From NCBI GenBank assembly GCA_964016885.1, contig OZ024750.1, positions 9,796,001 to 9,860,000 on the forward strand: a stretch of 64,000 bases of DNA. The letters are read 5' to 3'. This stretch comes from Eledone cirrhosa. Lineage: Eukaryota. Position numbers and translations under genes: made by a program. How positions within the stretch are numbered: position 1 is the first letter of the stretch; each line of letters opens with the position of its first letter. Below the pieces are notes generated by a model. It was not told the DNA's origin and searched no databases. It saw only the letters and a list, made by a program, of their open reading frames with translations. Positions 1-14,640 of the stretch are shown here, in pieces.

Positions 1-525
1 TGTATATATATATATATATATATATTATGTCTAGTACAAGCTACTGTAGAGTAGTTGGTTATACTCAAAGGATGTGTATATGTTTGTATATATATATATT
101 ATATATATGTGTGTGTGTAGTACAGGCTACTGTAGAGTTAGTTATATTCCAAGGATGTGTGTCAAATTTATCGCCTAAGCTTGCTGCTGAATATTTTTTA
201 CCTTTCTCTCCTCTTCAATTACAGTGATTAAGGGTCACCCTCTGACCTAATTATTAACCCCGCTCTCTCCGATATACAGATAAACAATGTCACTTTGTTT
301 ATAAAACTCATTTCCTTTGTGTCTATGTGTGTGTGTGTGTGTGTATATATATGAGTTGACGGACCCAGCATATTTATCAATGCCAGTATATATATATATA
401 CACTCACACACACACACATACATACATATAAAATATATATATTTATGATATATATATATATATGTAACCTTTCACTATACGTATCGAGTACTTAGCTCAA
501 CTTGATCTTACTAGTCTAAACTGTT

Positions 526-606
<81 letters not shown>

Positions 607-733
607 ACATCCAAGAAGCAGAAATTATAACAATAGGCCACTAAGTTTCCTAATACTATCTGTGATTATAATAAGCAGCAGTATGTATAGATTTATATGT
701 AATATGTATATTAGATATACAACATGGATATTA

Positions 734-909
734 TGGCAGTATCGGTAGAGGGTCGGACGCCATACTTTCCAGCATAGTTACGTCCCTTTACGATCGGAGT
801 TCAAATCCCGCCGAGGTTGACTTTGCCTTTCATCCTTACGGGATCGATAAAATAAAGTACCAGTAATGCACTGTGTAATTGCTGGCCTTGTGCCTAAAGT
901 AGAAACAAT
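734..909 (+). mobile_element. tRNA-derived SINE family 2
   Basis: A-box-like TGGCAGTATCGG, B-box GAGTTCAAATCC, central gccgaggttgactttgcctttcatcc...gataaaataaagtaccag; near-identical to 23749-23930. Confidence 0.8.
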
Positions 910-1904
910 CAATATCTATATGTGTATATGTTCATTTGAGTCGTAGGGGCGCTATCTTTGACATGTTACACCTTGTGGCGTCAATCCCTCTCCAGGTTTG
1001 TATACCTGTAAATAAGAGCAACATTTTTATCAAAATTATATTATGATCCCAAAATTGATAAAGTTTTACTCACATCTATAAAAATGTTTACATTTATAAT
1101 AGGTCTCGAGTTAAATCTCGGGTAACCACAGTAATTAAGGTACTCAATACAGTAGTGGAGTGTAAACATCAAAATTTTCTGTTTCATTTGTATGAAACGG
1201 TTCTAGGCCTGTAGAAGCCATTAGGATAGACTAAATTAAAATTCAGTCATATTACACCTTAAATGATGGCTCAAATACTATATGTAGGCTTAAACACTAT
1301 TATTTGTTGAGCTTCATTTTTTCAAAAATTATATTTAGGTGTTAAAATTTACAGTATATTAAAAGTAAGCATTTACAAGCAAAAATATAGTTTCACCTAC
1401 AAACTCGTGCTTATACTGCGGTTTCATTTAGGCAAAGAAACAGATATTAAGATAAGATATGTGTGTGTGTACTATAAGCAAGCAGGACATTGCCATGAAA
1501 ATAAAGCACTCTGTTGGTAGCCAGTTTTTTGGGGCATGAGAATCGATCATGATAATTCTGTATGAATATATTTTTTCAAACACAGTATTGATAATATCTG
1601 TATCTCATTTACAAATTCCATTGTATTTTATATTGTATATATATGTGTGTTACTTATTTTATATGTATACATTACACATTAGTGTAAACATTACATTATA
1701 TATATGTGTGTGTGAATTGGCAGAAATCGACTGTGTTCAGATCTAGAAAGGAGATGGGTTCCACCAGGTTTACAATACCCAAGAAAAAGCAAGTCTCTAC
1801 AGTATCCCTACGACTCCAGCTGGAGTTTCAGGTTAAAAGAAAAATGTGTGTGTATATATATATACACATGCAAGCGTGGAACATGGACGTTAAACGATGA
1901 TGAT

Positions 1905-2323
1905 GAATAGTAATATACGTGAACGGCAAAGCATAAATGAACTAAGTGAGAAATTAGGAATAAGAAGGATCAGATGCTGTTTACTTGAGAGAAGACTACG
2001 TTGGTATGGTCACGTGATGCGCATGAAAGACGACAGCTGCATAAAAAAGTGCAGGGCGATCAAAATTGATGGTAGTTACAGAGTAGGTAGACCCAGAAAA
2101 ACCTGGGATAATCTGATAAATTCCGACCTCACACTTACATCTCTCTAAGACAATGTGTCTGGGTCGAGATCTTTGGCGCTACGCAGTAATACAGAAGACC
2201 CCCACCTTGCCTATGTACAAAGCGAAACCTACAGTTAGTAGACACCTCTTAACCAAATATGCACCCCCAATCAAACCCATGCAAGCATGGAAGATGGACG
2301 TTAAACGATGATGATGATGATGA
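1905..2323 (+). mobile_element. RTE LINE 3' fragment with (GAT)n tail
   Basis: RRLRWYGHVMRM...GRPRKTW followed by cccatgcaagcatggaagatggacgttaaac(gat)n. Confidence 0.85.
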
Positions 2324-2439
2324 ATCCACTACCCCTACCCTATCCTACCACTCCCACCAACAGCACGAGAAAATGAGATCGAGATCGTGTAGGTGTCACA
2401 ACAAAAAACACAGTCCATGCTGTAATGTGGTCGTGTAGG

Positions 2440-2634
2440 TAACACGGTAAAAAGTTCCCAGTTCCACACTGTAAATGTGGTTGGTGTTAGGAAGAGCATC
2501 CAGCCGTAGAAAACCTGCCAGATAGTCCTATATGAGCGAGACACGGTCACCCGACCAGCCTTGCCTCAAGTGGGACAACTCCCGTCTAACCCATGCTAGC
2601 GTGGAAAATGGACGTTAAACGAAGATGATGATGA
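2440..2634 (+). mobile_element. Bipartite RTE-related non-autonomous element or SINE 3' part
   Basis: ggttggtgttaggaagagcatccagccgtagaaa ... cccatgctagcgtggaaaatggacgttaaac(gat)n; related copy at about 17020-17197. Confidence 0.6.
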
Positions 2635-3722
2635 TATGTGCATTATATATTATATACATATATGTATGTATATCATAATCATCATTTTTATGTCCTTTTT
2701 TTCCATACTACATGGGTTGGATGGGATGTTTTGAGACAATGTTTTAGAGCCTGATGCCCTTCATTATGCCAACCTTTTTGGTCGGCTCTTATGATACACA
2801 TACAGTGAATCTATTCTAAAAAAAAACGTAGTTTTGGTTCCTGGAGCAAGCAGTGTGTTGTGTTCTTGAGCACGACTCTTCATCTCACATTGCTTTTCAT
2901 GATATGACGAGTCTTTATCATTAAAACATTATTAAACATATAAGTTGTTGCCTTGAAGGAGGCCAACTAAACATAATTGAACTAAATTTCAATTTCTCAT
3001 TTCATAGCTAGATTATAAAGTAAATCCAGTACCCAGTTAAACTTGTACAGCAAGCATTTGGAAGTATTTACATGAGTGTACTCTATTGCAGTGTTTTTCA
3101 AATGATTTTTTCCTGTAACACAGCAAGAGATATATATTTTGTACTGCAACCTAATATGACTATTAGATCTATAAGAAGAATATATTTTTGTAGAAATTGT
3201 TTTCTTAATGTTGAAACCCATTTCATTTATTTTGTAATGCACTAATGGTTTTGAGCCTTCAGTTTGAAAAACTCTGCTCTGCTCTATTGCAAACATTTGG
3301 GTCATGTCGTAGGTCTGAAGATGACGTGCTCCCCCCCTCCCCCACACATGTAAAACATCAGTCCTGAAACACATTCATTTCTACTAACAGAGACCATCTC
3401 CAGTGTCCTTGGATTTTAGTGTTTACTCATAGATGTGTATGTATTTACATTCTATTTTACATTCACCTACCATGCTAGCATGGGTTGAAATAGACAATTG
3501 GATGTTTCTGGTGACACATAAGGTGGTTGGGGATCCAGCCGGATAGTTGGAGACAGTTACCTCTGACAGGACCCACTAGGAGGAGTGTTTGAGGACTCTG
3601 CTCCCATGACCTTCTCAGGAATAAGTGGGCAAAGAAGACATATACATTATATATATGTGTATATATATATAGTTCAAGAATAAACAAGACAAACATGCAA
3701 AAACACAGTCTTATTAGTTTCA

Positions 3723-3738
3723 ATATATATATATATAT

Positions 3739-3789
<51 letters not shown>

Positions 3790-3813
3790 ATATATATTAT
3801 TATATATATATAT

Positions 3814-3847
<34 letters not shown>

Positions 3848-3897
3848 ATATATATATATTATTATATATATATATTATATATATATATTACATATAT
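3723..3897. repeat. (TA)n-rich microsatellite
   Basis: Directly visible; similar tracts at 14211-14291, 27867-27926 and 62978-63243. Confidence 0.95.
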
Positions 3898-4149
3898 GAC
3901 TTCAACAAGATTTGATAGCAGAACACAGAGAGCCCCAAAATGAATACTGCAAATCATTCTATCAATTTGCCACCTTTATGTATGCATGTATATATACTTA
4001 ATATAGAAATGACTTCTGAGTCCTGTAGATGTCATTGCTATATGAAATAAATATATACCTTTACTAATGTATTGAGTCCTTTATTTATCTGTGGTTTTCT
4101 TCTGTTCCTCTTTGGAAAAGCATTCTTAATTTTACATAAATATATATAT

Positions 4150-4187
<38 letters not shown>

Positions 4188-5264
4188 TATGAAAAATATA
4201 TATATATACACATCTACGTATAATATATATATTACATAATGTTTGTTGTTTTATTGTGTGCGAGACCATGGCAGTTGTGATGTGTTTTTAAATAAAAACA
4301 ACTTATGTTGGACTTGTTTAAATGAAACAATTACACTGTTATGTTTTGTGTATTTCATTCATCTGTTTTCTCTGTAAGGATATGGTGTACCTACAGTAAT
4401 ATATATGTTGTAATATTTCTCTCTGTATGTATGTGTGTGTATATATATATATATATATATTTACATACATACACGTATATAGGTGTGCAATATATATCTT
4501 ATCTTAATATATGATGTATCTAGGGTAATATGTATTTACTAATATCTAATTAAATATCAGTTTTGGGCAAGTTGCAAATTGTACTTATGGTGTAACTTAC
4601 TGCATGTGCAGAAACCTGTGTCCAGCCGTACAAGTGCAAATGCCATATTACAAATATACACTTTGTTAGAACTTTGTTAGACAGGTTTTGTTCGGTACAA
4701 GTTCATAACCATATCTCATTGAGTGAGTAAATGTGAGCAAACAGGATTACAGCTAATACTATAACCTCGTCAATATATATGTGTGTGTGTATACACACAC
4801 ATATATACACTCCACACACATGTATATATGTGTACAATATATATCTTAATATATGGTGTTCCTCTAGTATGATATATTTAGTAATATCTAATTATACAGA
4901 CACACACATACCTGTATATATATCTTATCTTAATATATATAAATTAATGTATGTATGCATGTTCCAAGTTGAAGAGAATTTTGCACCCAGGCAGCTGAAA
5001 TTGTGCCCAGGGACATATCTTTACAAGAAGGTGATAGTCTATATAACTTATAGGTTCCATATTTGTCTATTTTAAGGGGATCACATTGTCATGTAGTTTA
5101 ACTTGAACCATTTTCACAATTGAATAGTTGCAGCAATTCTGAATAAATCAACATTCTTGGGAAAATTGAAGATTGTCAATGAATTCTTGTAATTGTTTAT
5201 TTTAACTAATTATTAAACCTAGACAAATCTAGGTACAGTTGCTAGTTATATATAAATATATATA

Positions 5265-5466
5265 TGAGGGTCAGCTGAAAAATTCATAGGCTGACCAAGC
5301 AAGATACTCTCATGGAATGACCAAAGGAGGTTTATTTTTCAACATAGTCCCTGGAAAGAAACTATACAATTATTAATAAGAAGAGTTGGAATTAATGCAT
5401 GTAAGATTTCACAGCTCTAGCATCACTACTTCATAGTCAGCCTATGAACTTTTCATTTGACCCTCG
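5265..5466. mobile_element. Mariner-type MITE
   Basis: About 30-bp TIR (c/t)gagggtca.(c/a)tgaaaa.ttcataggctgac with TA on both sides. Confidence 0.75.
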
Positions 5467-6321
5467 TATATAATATGTTTATATATAACAGAATTTTCCA
5501 TGAGAGACAAAGTGAATTGTCTGGTAAACACAGTCTACTCAACGTATGACAGGACTGGAACCCCCTATCATTAAAACACTCAAGAAACCTCATATGAGGC
5601 TAGTTACATCTACTGAGCTGTTGAGCTGTAAATTTCATTCCATTTTCAACCTATTCTGGCATAGCAAAATGTATGTTTAATGATGAATATATAAATGATT
5701 ATTTTATCAGTGTGTGTAATAAACACACTAGACATGCACTGAATGTAGGACACATACTCTTTAGATTCTCTATGATATTTGTTATTATAGTAACTGTTTA
5801 TTTTGAAGTTTTCTTGAAGCTTGAAGCTACCAGCTTTTCAAAACAGCCCGTGTTGAAAAGCTAATAGCTTCAGCAAAAGTTACATAGATTGTATCTTGAG
5901 GAGAGCCTATATATATATATATATATATGTGTGTGTATGTGTGTGCACAGGTATATGTATAGAAAATAAGTCACTTGATGTACCAGTGTTGACAAAATAT
6001 CTCATATCTGTATTTGTGTGTAAATATGTACGTACAGATACAGATAACACTCTTGGCCGAGAATGCTGGCTATTGGTATCAATGAAAACATTTCCAAGCA
6101 AATTTGTTACATTGTAGGCATTTGTGTGACAGGTGGACAGATGTGGCTCCCTTTACAATATAAGAGTAATTCTCATACAATTATATAAAAAAATAGAAAT
6201 TAAGAGAATACCAAATCTATTTATTCTTAAATATTGTGAGTTACTTTTGTAGTCTTTTATACTTATACATTTCTGTACCTATATGTGTCTTTTGCTGTCT
6301 GTTGATGGATATATATATATG

Positions 6322-6522
6322 AGAAAGAGTTGGGGCTCGACAGCTGAGCTCTTGTTGTCTTGCCGTTTCTACAGCTAGTCCCAGTCTGAAACTAGCTGTT
6401 GAAACGGCAAGAGCTCTGTCATTGGACCCCAACTCTTTCTAATATAGTCATACTCTACTATCCCAAGTATTGAGTACTCTGTTGAATAATGGTCTAACTA
6501 GTTTAATACTGGTTTAATCCTG
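6322..6522 (+). repeat. Unclassified hairpin-plus-tail interspersed repeat in (TA)n
   Basis: Fold-back at 6322-6440 plus conserved tail ctactatcccaagtattgagtactctgttgaataatggtctaactagttt; other copies at 9227, 20929 and 27928. Confidence 0.75.
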
Positions 6523-7213
6523 ATATATATGTAATGAACATATGTGTGAGTCATGGACTCTGAACTCTACATCACAGATTACCTGTTTACCTGTCTAGAA
6601 AGGTAGTTCTAGACAATATCTGCCATAGTTTTAATAGAAAAAAAACAATGAGTATGATTTTAAAATAGTTTTGAAGATAATCAAGTTTAAAAGGATTTAG
6701 TAATATAACTAACTTCCTTATTCTGAAGCTGCTGTTTGAAACATAACTTAACAAATATTCTTACATAAAATTATGATGGAAGGTTTTCAGATAAATATAA
6801 ACACTTCAAAATAGACAGTTTTGTATATTAGAACCAAGGGCAGTTTCATATAGTTTAGTATCATAACAGTTAAACTTCTTCACTTGTGGCTTATTTTGGT
6901 TATGCAGCCTGTTTGTTTCACTGAAATATACTTTATGAACCCAACCCACATTAGATTTTGTTCATAAAACATTATGAAATTAAAACAAAGCTATATTTCT
7001 GTATGGTGTAGAGATTTGAAACTGGAATTGTTTTATTCTTGACAGTTTGGTTGGTAGTTTGTCAGTCCAAGTCAAACCCTTTAGATCTGAGCAAACATAA
7101 CAAATCAAGAATGAAGATCGAGTTCTGAGATATTTTTTGTTGGCCTTAACACTTGAACTATGTCGAGTAGCTTGAGGGTTGAAATCACTGCTGCTGTATA
7201 TATATATAATATG

Positions 7214-7420
7214 TATCATCATCATCTGCTTTTCCATGCTTCCATGGGTTGGACAAGTCTTTTTCAGCACGGCATCTCTCAACTTGTCGCATTCCTTCGT
7301 CATCTCCTCTGCCAGTCTTAGCCATTTGAGGTCTGCTCTCACAACCTCTGCCCAGGTCTTTCTTGGTCGTCCTCTATTGCAGCTTCCTTCCACTGGGATT
7401 TCCTGGAATTTCTTCACCCA
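7214..7420 (-). mobile_element. RTE LINE 3' fragment
   Basis: VEGSCNRGRPRKTWAEVV plus the same cccatggaagcatggaaa...(gat)n tail. Confidence 0.8.
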
Positions 7421-8751
7421 TTGTTATATATATATATTATATATATATATAATTGTTAATTGCCTTAACTTGAATGCAAACTAATCCACACCAAACAACA
7501 CTATCCATAAACTCAAGCAAATGCAATCCATACACTTACACTTGAGCTCAGCCACCATCTACATGCCAGACAAGACATATTAAAACCATACCCAAACACT
7601 ATCAGCATAAAAAACCCAACCTACACCAATTACTGGTATGAGGGGGGAGGTGATGGCCATCATCAGGCTGCAGCCATGATGTTGTTTCTATATTACTCTG
7701 CAGCTAGAAATAATCTTTGACCAAATACCCCTGCCAATGAATATGAACTGATACAGAATACACAGCAAAATAAACATGTTCAATACTTGAAATCAATACC
7801 AATAAAGGACATCCAACCATGACTCTGGCCAATCCTTTAAACAAATTCCTCCCTAACATAACCATTAATTTACCCAATAGAAAACCTTTACAAAGCCATC
7901 CAGCTATAGAAACCAGACCCAAAACAGCATATGGGTTAGACGTAGTCACCTGACCAGTCTGGCCTCAATATGTGACAGCCCTTCTAATGTATGTTGTCTG
8001 CTTATTGTCCATGCAAGCATGGAAAATAGATGTTAAATGGTGATAATGATGTTGAATGTTATCTGAGGTTATTGAGTATTTCAACAGACACCATCACCCA
8101 GGAAACCTAGCCAGGATTGATCAAGTCTCGGTCTATGTCCAGGTAACACTAACTCCCTCCATGGTTCATCTCTCCTTAGCCACATCAATGTTGAAGTAGT
8201 TTCATCCTACTTTAACGGGTTCACACCTCACTTGCCACTTGTTGGCCTCCTCAGTGGTGTCTTCCTAGAGAATGGAGATTTCTAATACAACTACCTCCTT
8301 TGAAACTTCAAAACATCAACATTATGACTAACCTTATCAATGTTGTGACATCAGTTTCTGCCTCCTTAGATTAATGTTCAGTTTCATATCTTGTTCCATT
8401 GCTAGTAGGCCAGAAGAGGTGGTCTTCACTGATATTTGCTTCTCTCTAGCTCTAATAACATTCTACAAAAACACTGCAATTAAAAACTTTCTCATAAATA
8501 ACAACCCACTGTCATGTAAACCTAGAAATAAGTTAGAAATGTGGTGTATAGATTTGATAGGAAATATGGAAGTTGCAGACTTTACAGCTCCAGTTATATT
8601 CTACATACAGGTCCAACATTCTCCATGTTCATCATGTACTCACAAGGAGCAAGTGTGCACTGCACTACATCACACAGAACTGTACTAGATAGGAAAACAT
8701 TAATGTAAAATACATATATGTTCTACAGAATTCTCCACAAAAATAGACTAA

Positions 8752-8961
8752 TAATAAGGATTTCTGATTTAGGCACAAGTCTAACAATTCTAGGGGAGGG
8801 GAAAGTCAACTAAATCGACCCCAGTGTGTTACTGGTACATTATTTTATTGACCCTGTAGCAAAGCTAACCTCAGCAGGTTTTGAACTCAGAATGTAGAGA
8901 GCTGTAACTCTATGCTGCAAAGCATGCTGTTTTACACACTCCCAATACTGTCAATCCTCCC
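8752..8961 (-). mobile_element. SINE family 2, diverged
   Basis: ttaggcacaag...actggtac...ttgaactcag...atactgtcaatcc. Confidence 0.65.
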
Positions 8962-9226
8962 AACTTTAGATGATTAATAATTAAAGCAATATTCCTAACT
9001 CATCATCATTTTACATCTATTTTCCATGTTTGTATTGACATTCTGTGGCTAGACAGGTCAGATGACTGTCTCACTCAAACATTCCATTTTGTCATGGTTT
9101 CTATGACTTGATACCCTTTGTAAAGCCAACCACAATATACAGACAGCATACAGTAATTATAAACAGAAATTTTATTTGGAATTATAACAGTCAAAATATT
9201 AATGTGTGTAAATAAATATGTGTTAT

Positions 9227-9387
9227 AAAGAGTCAGAACCTGACAGCTGAGCTGTCTGGAACTAGCTGTTGAAAAGGCAAGAGTTCAGCTGTCGGGTCCT
9301 GACTCTTTGTAATATAACCATACTCTACTATCCCAAATATTGAGTACTCTGTTGAGTAATGGTCTAACTAGTTTCAATCTGGTTATT
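9227..9387 (+). repeat. Hairpin-plus-tail repeat copy
   Basis: Same tail; hairpin partly deleted. Confidence 0.7.
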
Positions 9388-9721
9388 TATATATATATAA
9401 TTGTCATGGGTAAGTGGATGTTAAATGATGATGTTTTTATGTCTAATTTTTCCTGCTGACATTGGTTGGATGAGATATTTTGCTGTGGTCCTGGATGCCC
9501 TTCCTGAGGCCAACCCTTAATTTTTCCATGCATGGTACTTATTCCACTGACCCATTGAACTACTAAGTTGCAGGATATAAACAAATGGCACTATAGTTTA
9601 AGTAGTGTCATATACAGACAAACACCCTTATATATATATATATATTTTCTAGTAGTGTTACTCGGTGTTGCCTAGGTGCTGGATATGTAATATTTTTTTA
9701 AATGTTAACTGAAATGACTTA

Positions 9722-10152
9722 CCGTGTATACTCAAATATAAGTCCACCCCTCTATGTTATGTCTGAGAAATGGACAAAAATCCACACCCTGTGTATAAGA
9801 CCAGGCAGGTAACACTTTGTTTAGATGGAGAATATGTTTATGAAGTTTTATTATCTTGATATTTAAAATGCTTTAAGTGTTTAGAGAACAGTTTTTGTTC
9901 CACAACTCCATTATGCAATGATTTTTTGCTATGTCATCCTCTTTATAAAGTTTCAACAAGTTTCTTGAATTTTTGTTTACTTTCGGCTCTGTGAGTATTT
10001 AACTTTTTTTTTTAAAGTAAAGGATCACTAAAATTTGATATATTATTAATCTACCTTTTTACCTCATAGTGATATATTTTGAATGTAAGATGTTTCACCA
10101 TTGATTTTTTTTTTTGTCGCGTATTTCTTGGCTTATATACAAGTATATATGG
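9722..10152. mobile_element. pogo/Tigger-type non-autonomous element
   Basis: TA-ccgtgtatactcaaatataag ... cttatatacaagtatatatgg-TA imperfect TIR. Confidence 0.6.
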
Positions 10153-11263
10153 TAACTTATAGCAAGTGTTTTATTGTTTTAAATATACACTGATAAACAT
10201 ACATTTATAGTCTTGGTACACAGAAAGACATGCGTAAATACATATATATGAATTCATAGACCTCATATATACACACATGATCGCATAAAAACAAACACAT
10301 ACACCTAATGAATTCATATATACATCCACATTAAAAATGTAATGTATATATATGAATCTATACACACCCATGCATTGTAAACAAATATGCAAAATATTGT
10401 ATGTGAGAAAGAAATTAAATGAAGTTGAGGTTGAAGAAAAAACAATTTGCTGTCATAAATGACAATTTATCTTAATCATAACTCAACTGTCTATGTTCCT
10501 TCTTTCTCCCACTCCCTTAAAACTTTCAGTCTTTCACCAGCTCTTTCCTAGATTTACCACAGAGGGACACGAGACCTAGGAGATTTTAGTTCATTGATTG
10601 TTTGGGGGGTAGATCTGGATTTCTGCGTCAGATTTTGTAAACATTTATTGGGGAATAGCAAGCTTTTTTTTCTTTCAAAGCAAGCACACTTTCATGCTTA
10701 TTATGAATATATGTGTGTGTACATGATTTGGTAACGCAACCATATAAAGGCGAAAGCTCAATATGTATATGATTATACATACATACCTATATATATATTC
10801 GACGTCTTTGGACACTTTAAAGTTAGGGATCCCATCCAGTTTAAATGCCTGTATACATCTGATTTCTTCCAGGATAAAGTGGGAGAGAGGAAATGAGAAA
10901 GCTATTTAAAAATTTAAAAATCGACCTGGAATGGATAAAAAGACATAATTGACCTCGGCGGGATTTGAACTCAAAACCTGGAACGAATATCACACATCAT
11001 ATATGAAAACAACCTGCTGTCAAATCTACATTTAGATGTATGTAGTTTACACTTTGCGCATATGAAATCGTTCTATAACTATGTCTGATATGCAATGACA
11101 TGCAAAAGACATACATTTAGAGGAGAAAATAATGAGAAAATTCAGTTTTTTTAAATGAATGTTACACACTCACATAATTTATGTGTATTTGTGTATGTAT
11201 ATATACATATGTGTGTGTGTAGTGAAAGGAATTAAAAATGATTTAGAAGCTAATTTTTGTATA

Positions 11264-11613
11264 TCATCATTCATCATCATTTCATTTTACGTCCGCTTTT
11301 CCCTGCTTGCAAGGGTGGGACGGGAACTGATTCTGGCTTGATTTCTACAGCTGGATGCTCTTCCTAACACCAACCTCATTTACAGTGAGTGCTGGGTGCT
11401 TCTTTTTTTTTGCCGTGGCACCTCCACGACCACTTTACAGTGGAATGATAGGGACACCAGTCCCTATCATCTCATTTCTGCAGCTGAGTAAACTGGAGCA
11501 ATGTGAAATAAGGTGTCTTGCTCAAGGAAACAACACATCACCCGGTCTGAGAATTGAACTCACAACCTTTCGATTGCAAGGCCAATGCTCTAACCACTAA
11601 GCCATGTGCCTCT
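11264..11613 (-). mobile_element. tRNA-derived SINE family 1, full length
   Basis: Near-identical reverse complement of 34320-34660. Confidence 0.88.
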
Positions 11614-12010
11614 CTCTCTCTCTCTATATATATAACCGAAACCGATCCGTGTTATTCTTCACTCCTTTATTATATATATATATAATTTCTATTATATATT
11701 CAACATATATTGTTTATGCGCACTGTGTTAGTCAATGAAGATTGATTGATGTTTATATGTGATTCCTAACTGGTTTTCTTAGACACTTTTAATAATCTGA
11801 TTGCATTGTGGCTATATATGATTTGCTGTCAGATTTCAAAAATATATTAAAAAAAATAAAAACTCCTTATTTTTTATTTCGTGTTCCGATGTGGTTATTT
11901 TAAAGTAATATTTCTCGTCGTTACTACAACCATTATGATATTTCGTGATGGTTGTGTGTTGGTAATGGTTAGCAGTTGTTGGCCCGTACTGCTCCATTTA
12001 TATACACACA

Positions 12011-12087
12011 CAGGGTGTCCCAAAAAATGTATACACACTTTGATTAGAATTCTGTTGAAGTATGTATACATTTTTGGAGACACCCTG
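12011..12087. mobile_element. 77-bp Tc1/mariner mini-MITE
   Basis: cagggtgtcccaaaaaatgtatac ... gtatacatttttggagacaccctg; second copy at 36834-36910. Confidence 0.75.
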
Positions 12088-12279
12088 TGTATATATACAT
12101 ATATATGTGTGTGTGTGTGTGCGTGCAGAACGAACAGACGATATATATAATATATACACAACAAGCCAGTCTGTCTCTTTCTTAACATACCACACTGCTA
12201 GGGAATCAGTTATGGTGGTTGGCCAAGGCAGGCAGCAAAACAAGCACGCACACACACACATGTATATATATACACGGAC

Positions 12280-14209
12280 TTGTATGTTGTTTGTCTGGCT
12301 TGGCAATGGCTGGGTTTATGTCTTGCTAGCTAGCTTGCTTTGCTAGAATACTATTCTGTTCGTTGCCGTCGTAGTCGTAGTTAATGGTGGAAAGCAGTCA
12401 GAGTAGAGCAGACATTGTTATTTACACTACAACCCTCCGCCGACCTTCCATTAAAATTACCTAAAAAAACAACAACAAACACTGGCTGATTTAAAAACAA
12501 TAAACATTTTTTTTTTTTTTTTTTTTTTTGCTTTCATCCGATTTTATTAATTTTCCTTTTATCTCACTTCCGTAGCCCTCAAAATTATAAGCAGCAACTT
12601 GCGTAAAATAATTATCATGTTAATCTTCTATCAACTACAGTGTCGTCTATTCGTTCTCCACATATATATAATATTATATGTTTATATATATTTGTGGTCT
12701 GGTTAATTTAAGTTTTAGTTTATTTATATAGTAATTTTCCGATTGCAAATGTTTTGCTTGTTTTTACTTGGTTATTTTTTCTCCTAATTATATAAAAGTA
12801 TATATTTTTGTTGCTGTTACTGGTCGATGGCAACTACCGCCATTATTATTGTAATAGTGAGCTGGCTGGGAAGATTTTCACATCAAATCATTGTTGAAAT
12901 ATTGTTTTAACTGGCAATGTTTTCAAATTTTTGGTGGTGTAATATTTATGAGATATATGACTTTATATTTACATATACATTTTATACAATATATATTTAC
13001 AACATAACGTGTGTATGTACATATATATGTGTGTATTCACATACATATCTAGTATGCGTATTCTTTTATTAGATATGAAGCTATATTCAGTGTATACATA
13101 ACACATCACTGCTTTCACTCTATTCCTAGCCATTATCAGTGCTGTTACTGCAATTTATATATCAAGTCGACTCTGTTTTTAGCGATAAGAGCAACTATAA
13201 CACTACCATAAGTATTATGCCACCGTGATCATCACCATCAATCGCTAAGAGTTTTGTAACATATAATTAACTATCCGAGTTACTTTGTCCCCTGCACTCA
13301 AACCTTTAAAGCTAGTGATAATGGTGGTGGTGGAAGTCTTCTTCGTTGCCTTGATCGACTAATTACTTACTACTGTTCCTAATACTGATCTTCTCCTTCG
13401 TCTCTGCTCCATTTTTATTTCTACAGCTCTTACTTTCACTCCCATTCTCCTCATTTCGCTTTTATAAATGTTTCTTTTTTAAAACAACGACGACTAGTAG
13501 CCATCAATTATTCGCCATTACTGAGAGAACACAGACAAGCACGGACTACTTTTTAACAGACACTCTTATGTAATCTCTACAGTATCTTCACACATTACTC
13601 TGGAACATAGATACTGTGTGTATACACACACACACACACACGAACTTAAAATTATTACTTTTACTCCCTCACTCCGTCTTTTATACTGTTAATTCTCTCT
13701 ATATGTATATTTCGCTCTCCTCCCTTTCTCCCTCTGTCTCTCTTTATTTTGCTCTCCTCTTCCTCTTATTTCGCTGTCGTACTCTCTCTTTCTCTTCATT
13801 TCTCTCTCCTTCCCCCTCTCTATTATGTTCTGTCCTCTCCTCTTACTACCTCTCCAGTCATCACTCTCCTCCTCTATTACCCTCTAAAGACCTACCAGCC
13901 ATTCATTGCTGATATTAACGTAGTAATTATGTCTGATGTATCTCTGCATTACCTTCTTTTTCCGGTTGGTAGCGACGGTTCTCCAGCCTTCTAATATTAG
14001 GAGCAGACAGAAAAATAAATAAATATTCTGACATTACTCGCTCGTGCTCCGCTTTATTTGTTGGTTTTTATATTGCTTTTGGCAAAAGAAAATAGAATAA
14101 TTATTGTTGCTAGGTTCTTGGAAGCCCCCCCGTTTTCCTCAAAACAAAACAAGTATAGTGAAGAGAATTATATTCATTATAATCTTTAATTTTAATTAAA
14201 CGCTCTCTT

Positions 14210-14293
<84 letters not shown>

Positions 14294-14640
14294 TATTTCG
14301 TGGCTTATAAGACACTCCTATGCATTACAATTTAGATGGTAAAAATCAGAAAAATTATTACGACTCTCTAATACCAAGTAATATTACTCGACTGAAACCT
14401 GATACATTTCAACTTGAAATCCTTCACAAATCATGACGAATTCAACACAAATTAGGGTGTTACACTGGTGAAGGTACTTGGTTATTCCAACGTCCTTGCC
14501 TCACTATCAACCACACCACGATTTTGATGCTGCGTGTGTGTTGGCTTGCCTCAAAAATTAATTGTGAGGAAACTACAGTGCCCCTTGTTGCGTGAAATTG
14601 TGTGTGCTTCTCTTCCCGATCTTTTTAAAAATATAAATTG
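12280..14640. promoter_or_regulatory. Relatively CpG-retaining unique region, candidate promoter or first exon
   Basis: Visibly more CG dinucleotides than the flanks (cgttgccgtcgtagtcgtag, cgacgac, ctcgctcgtgctccgc) and few TEs; no first-exon donor identified. Confidence 0.25.
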
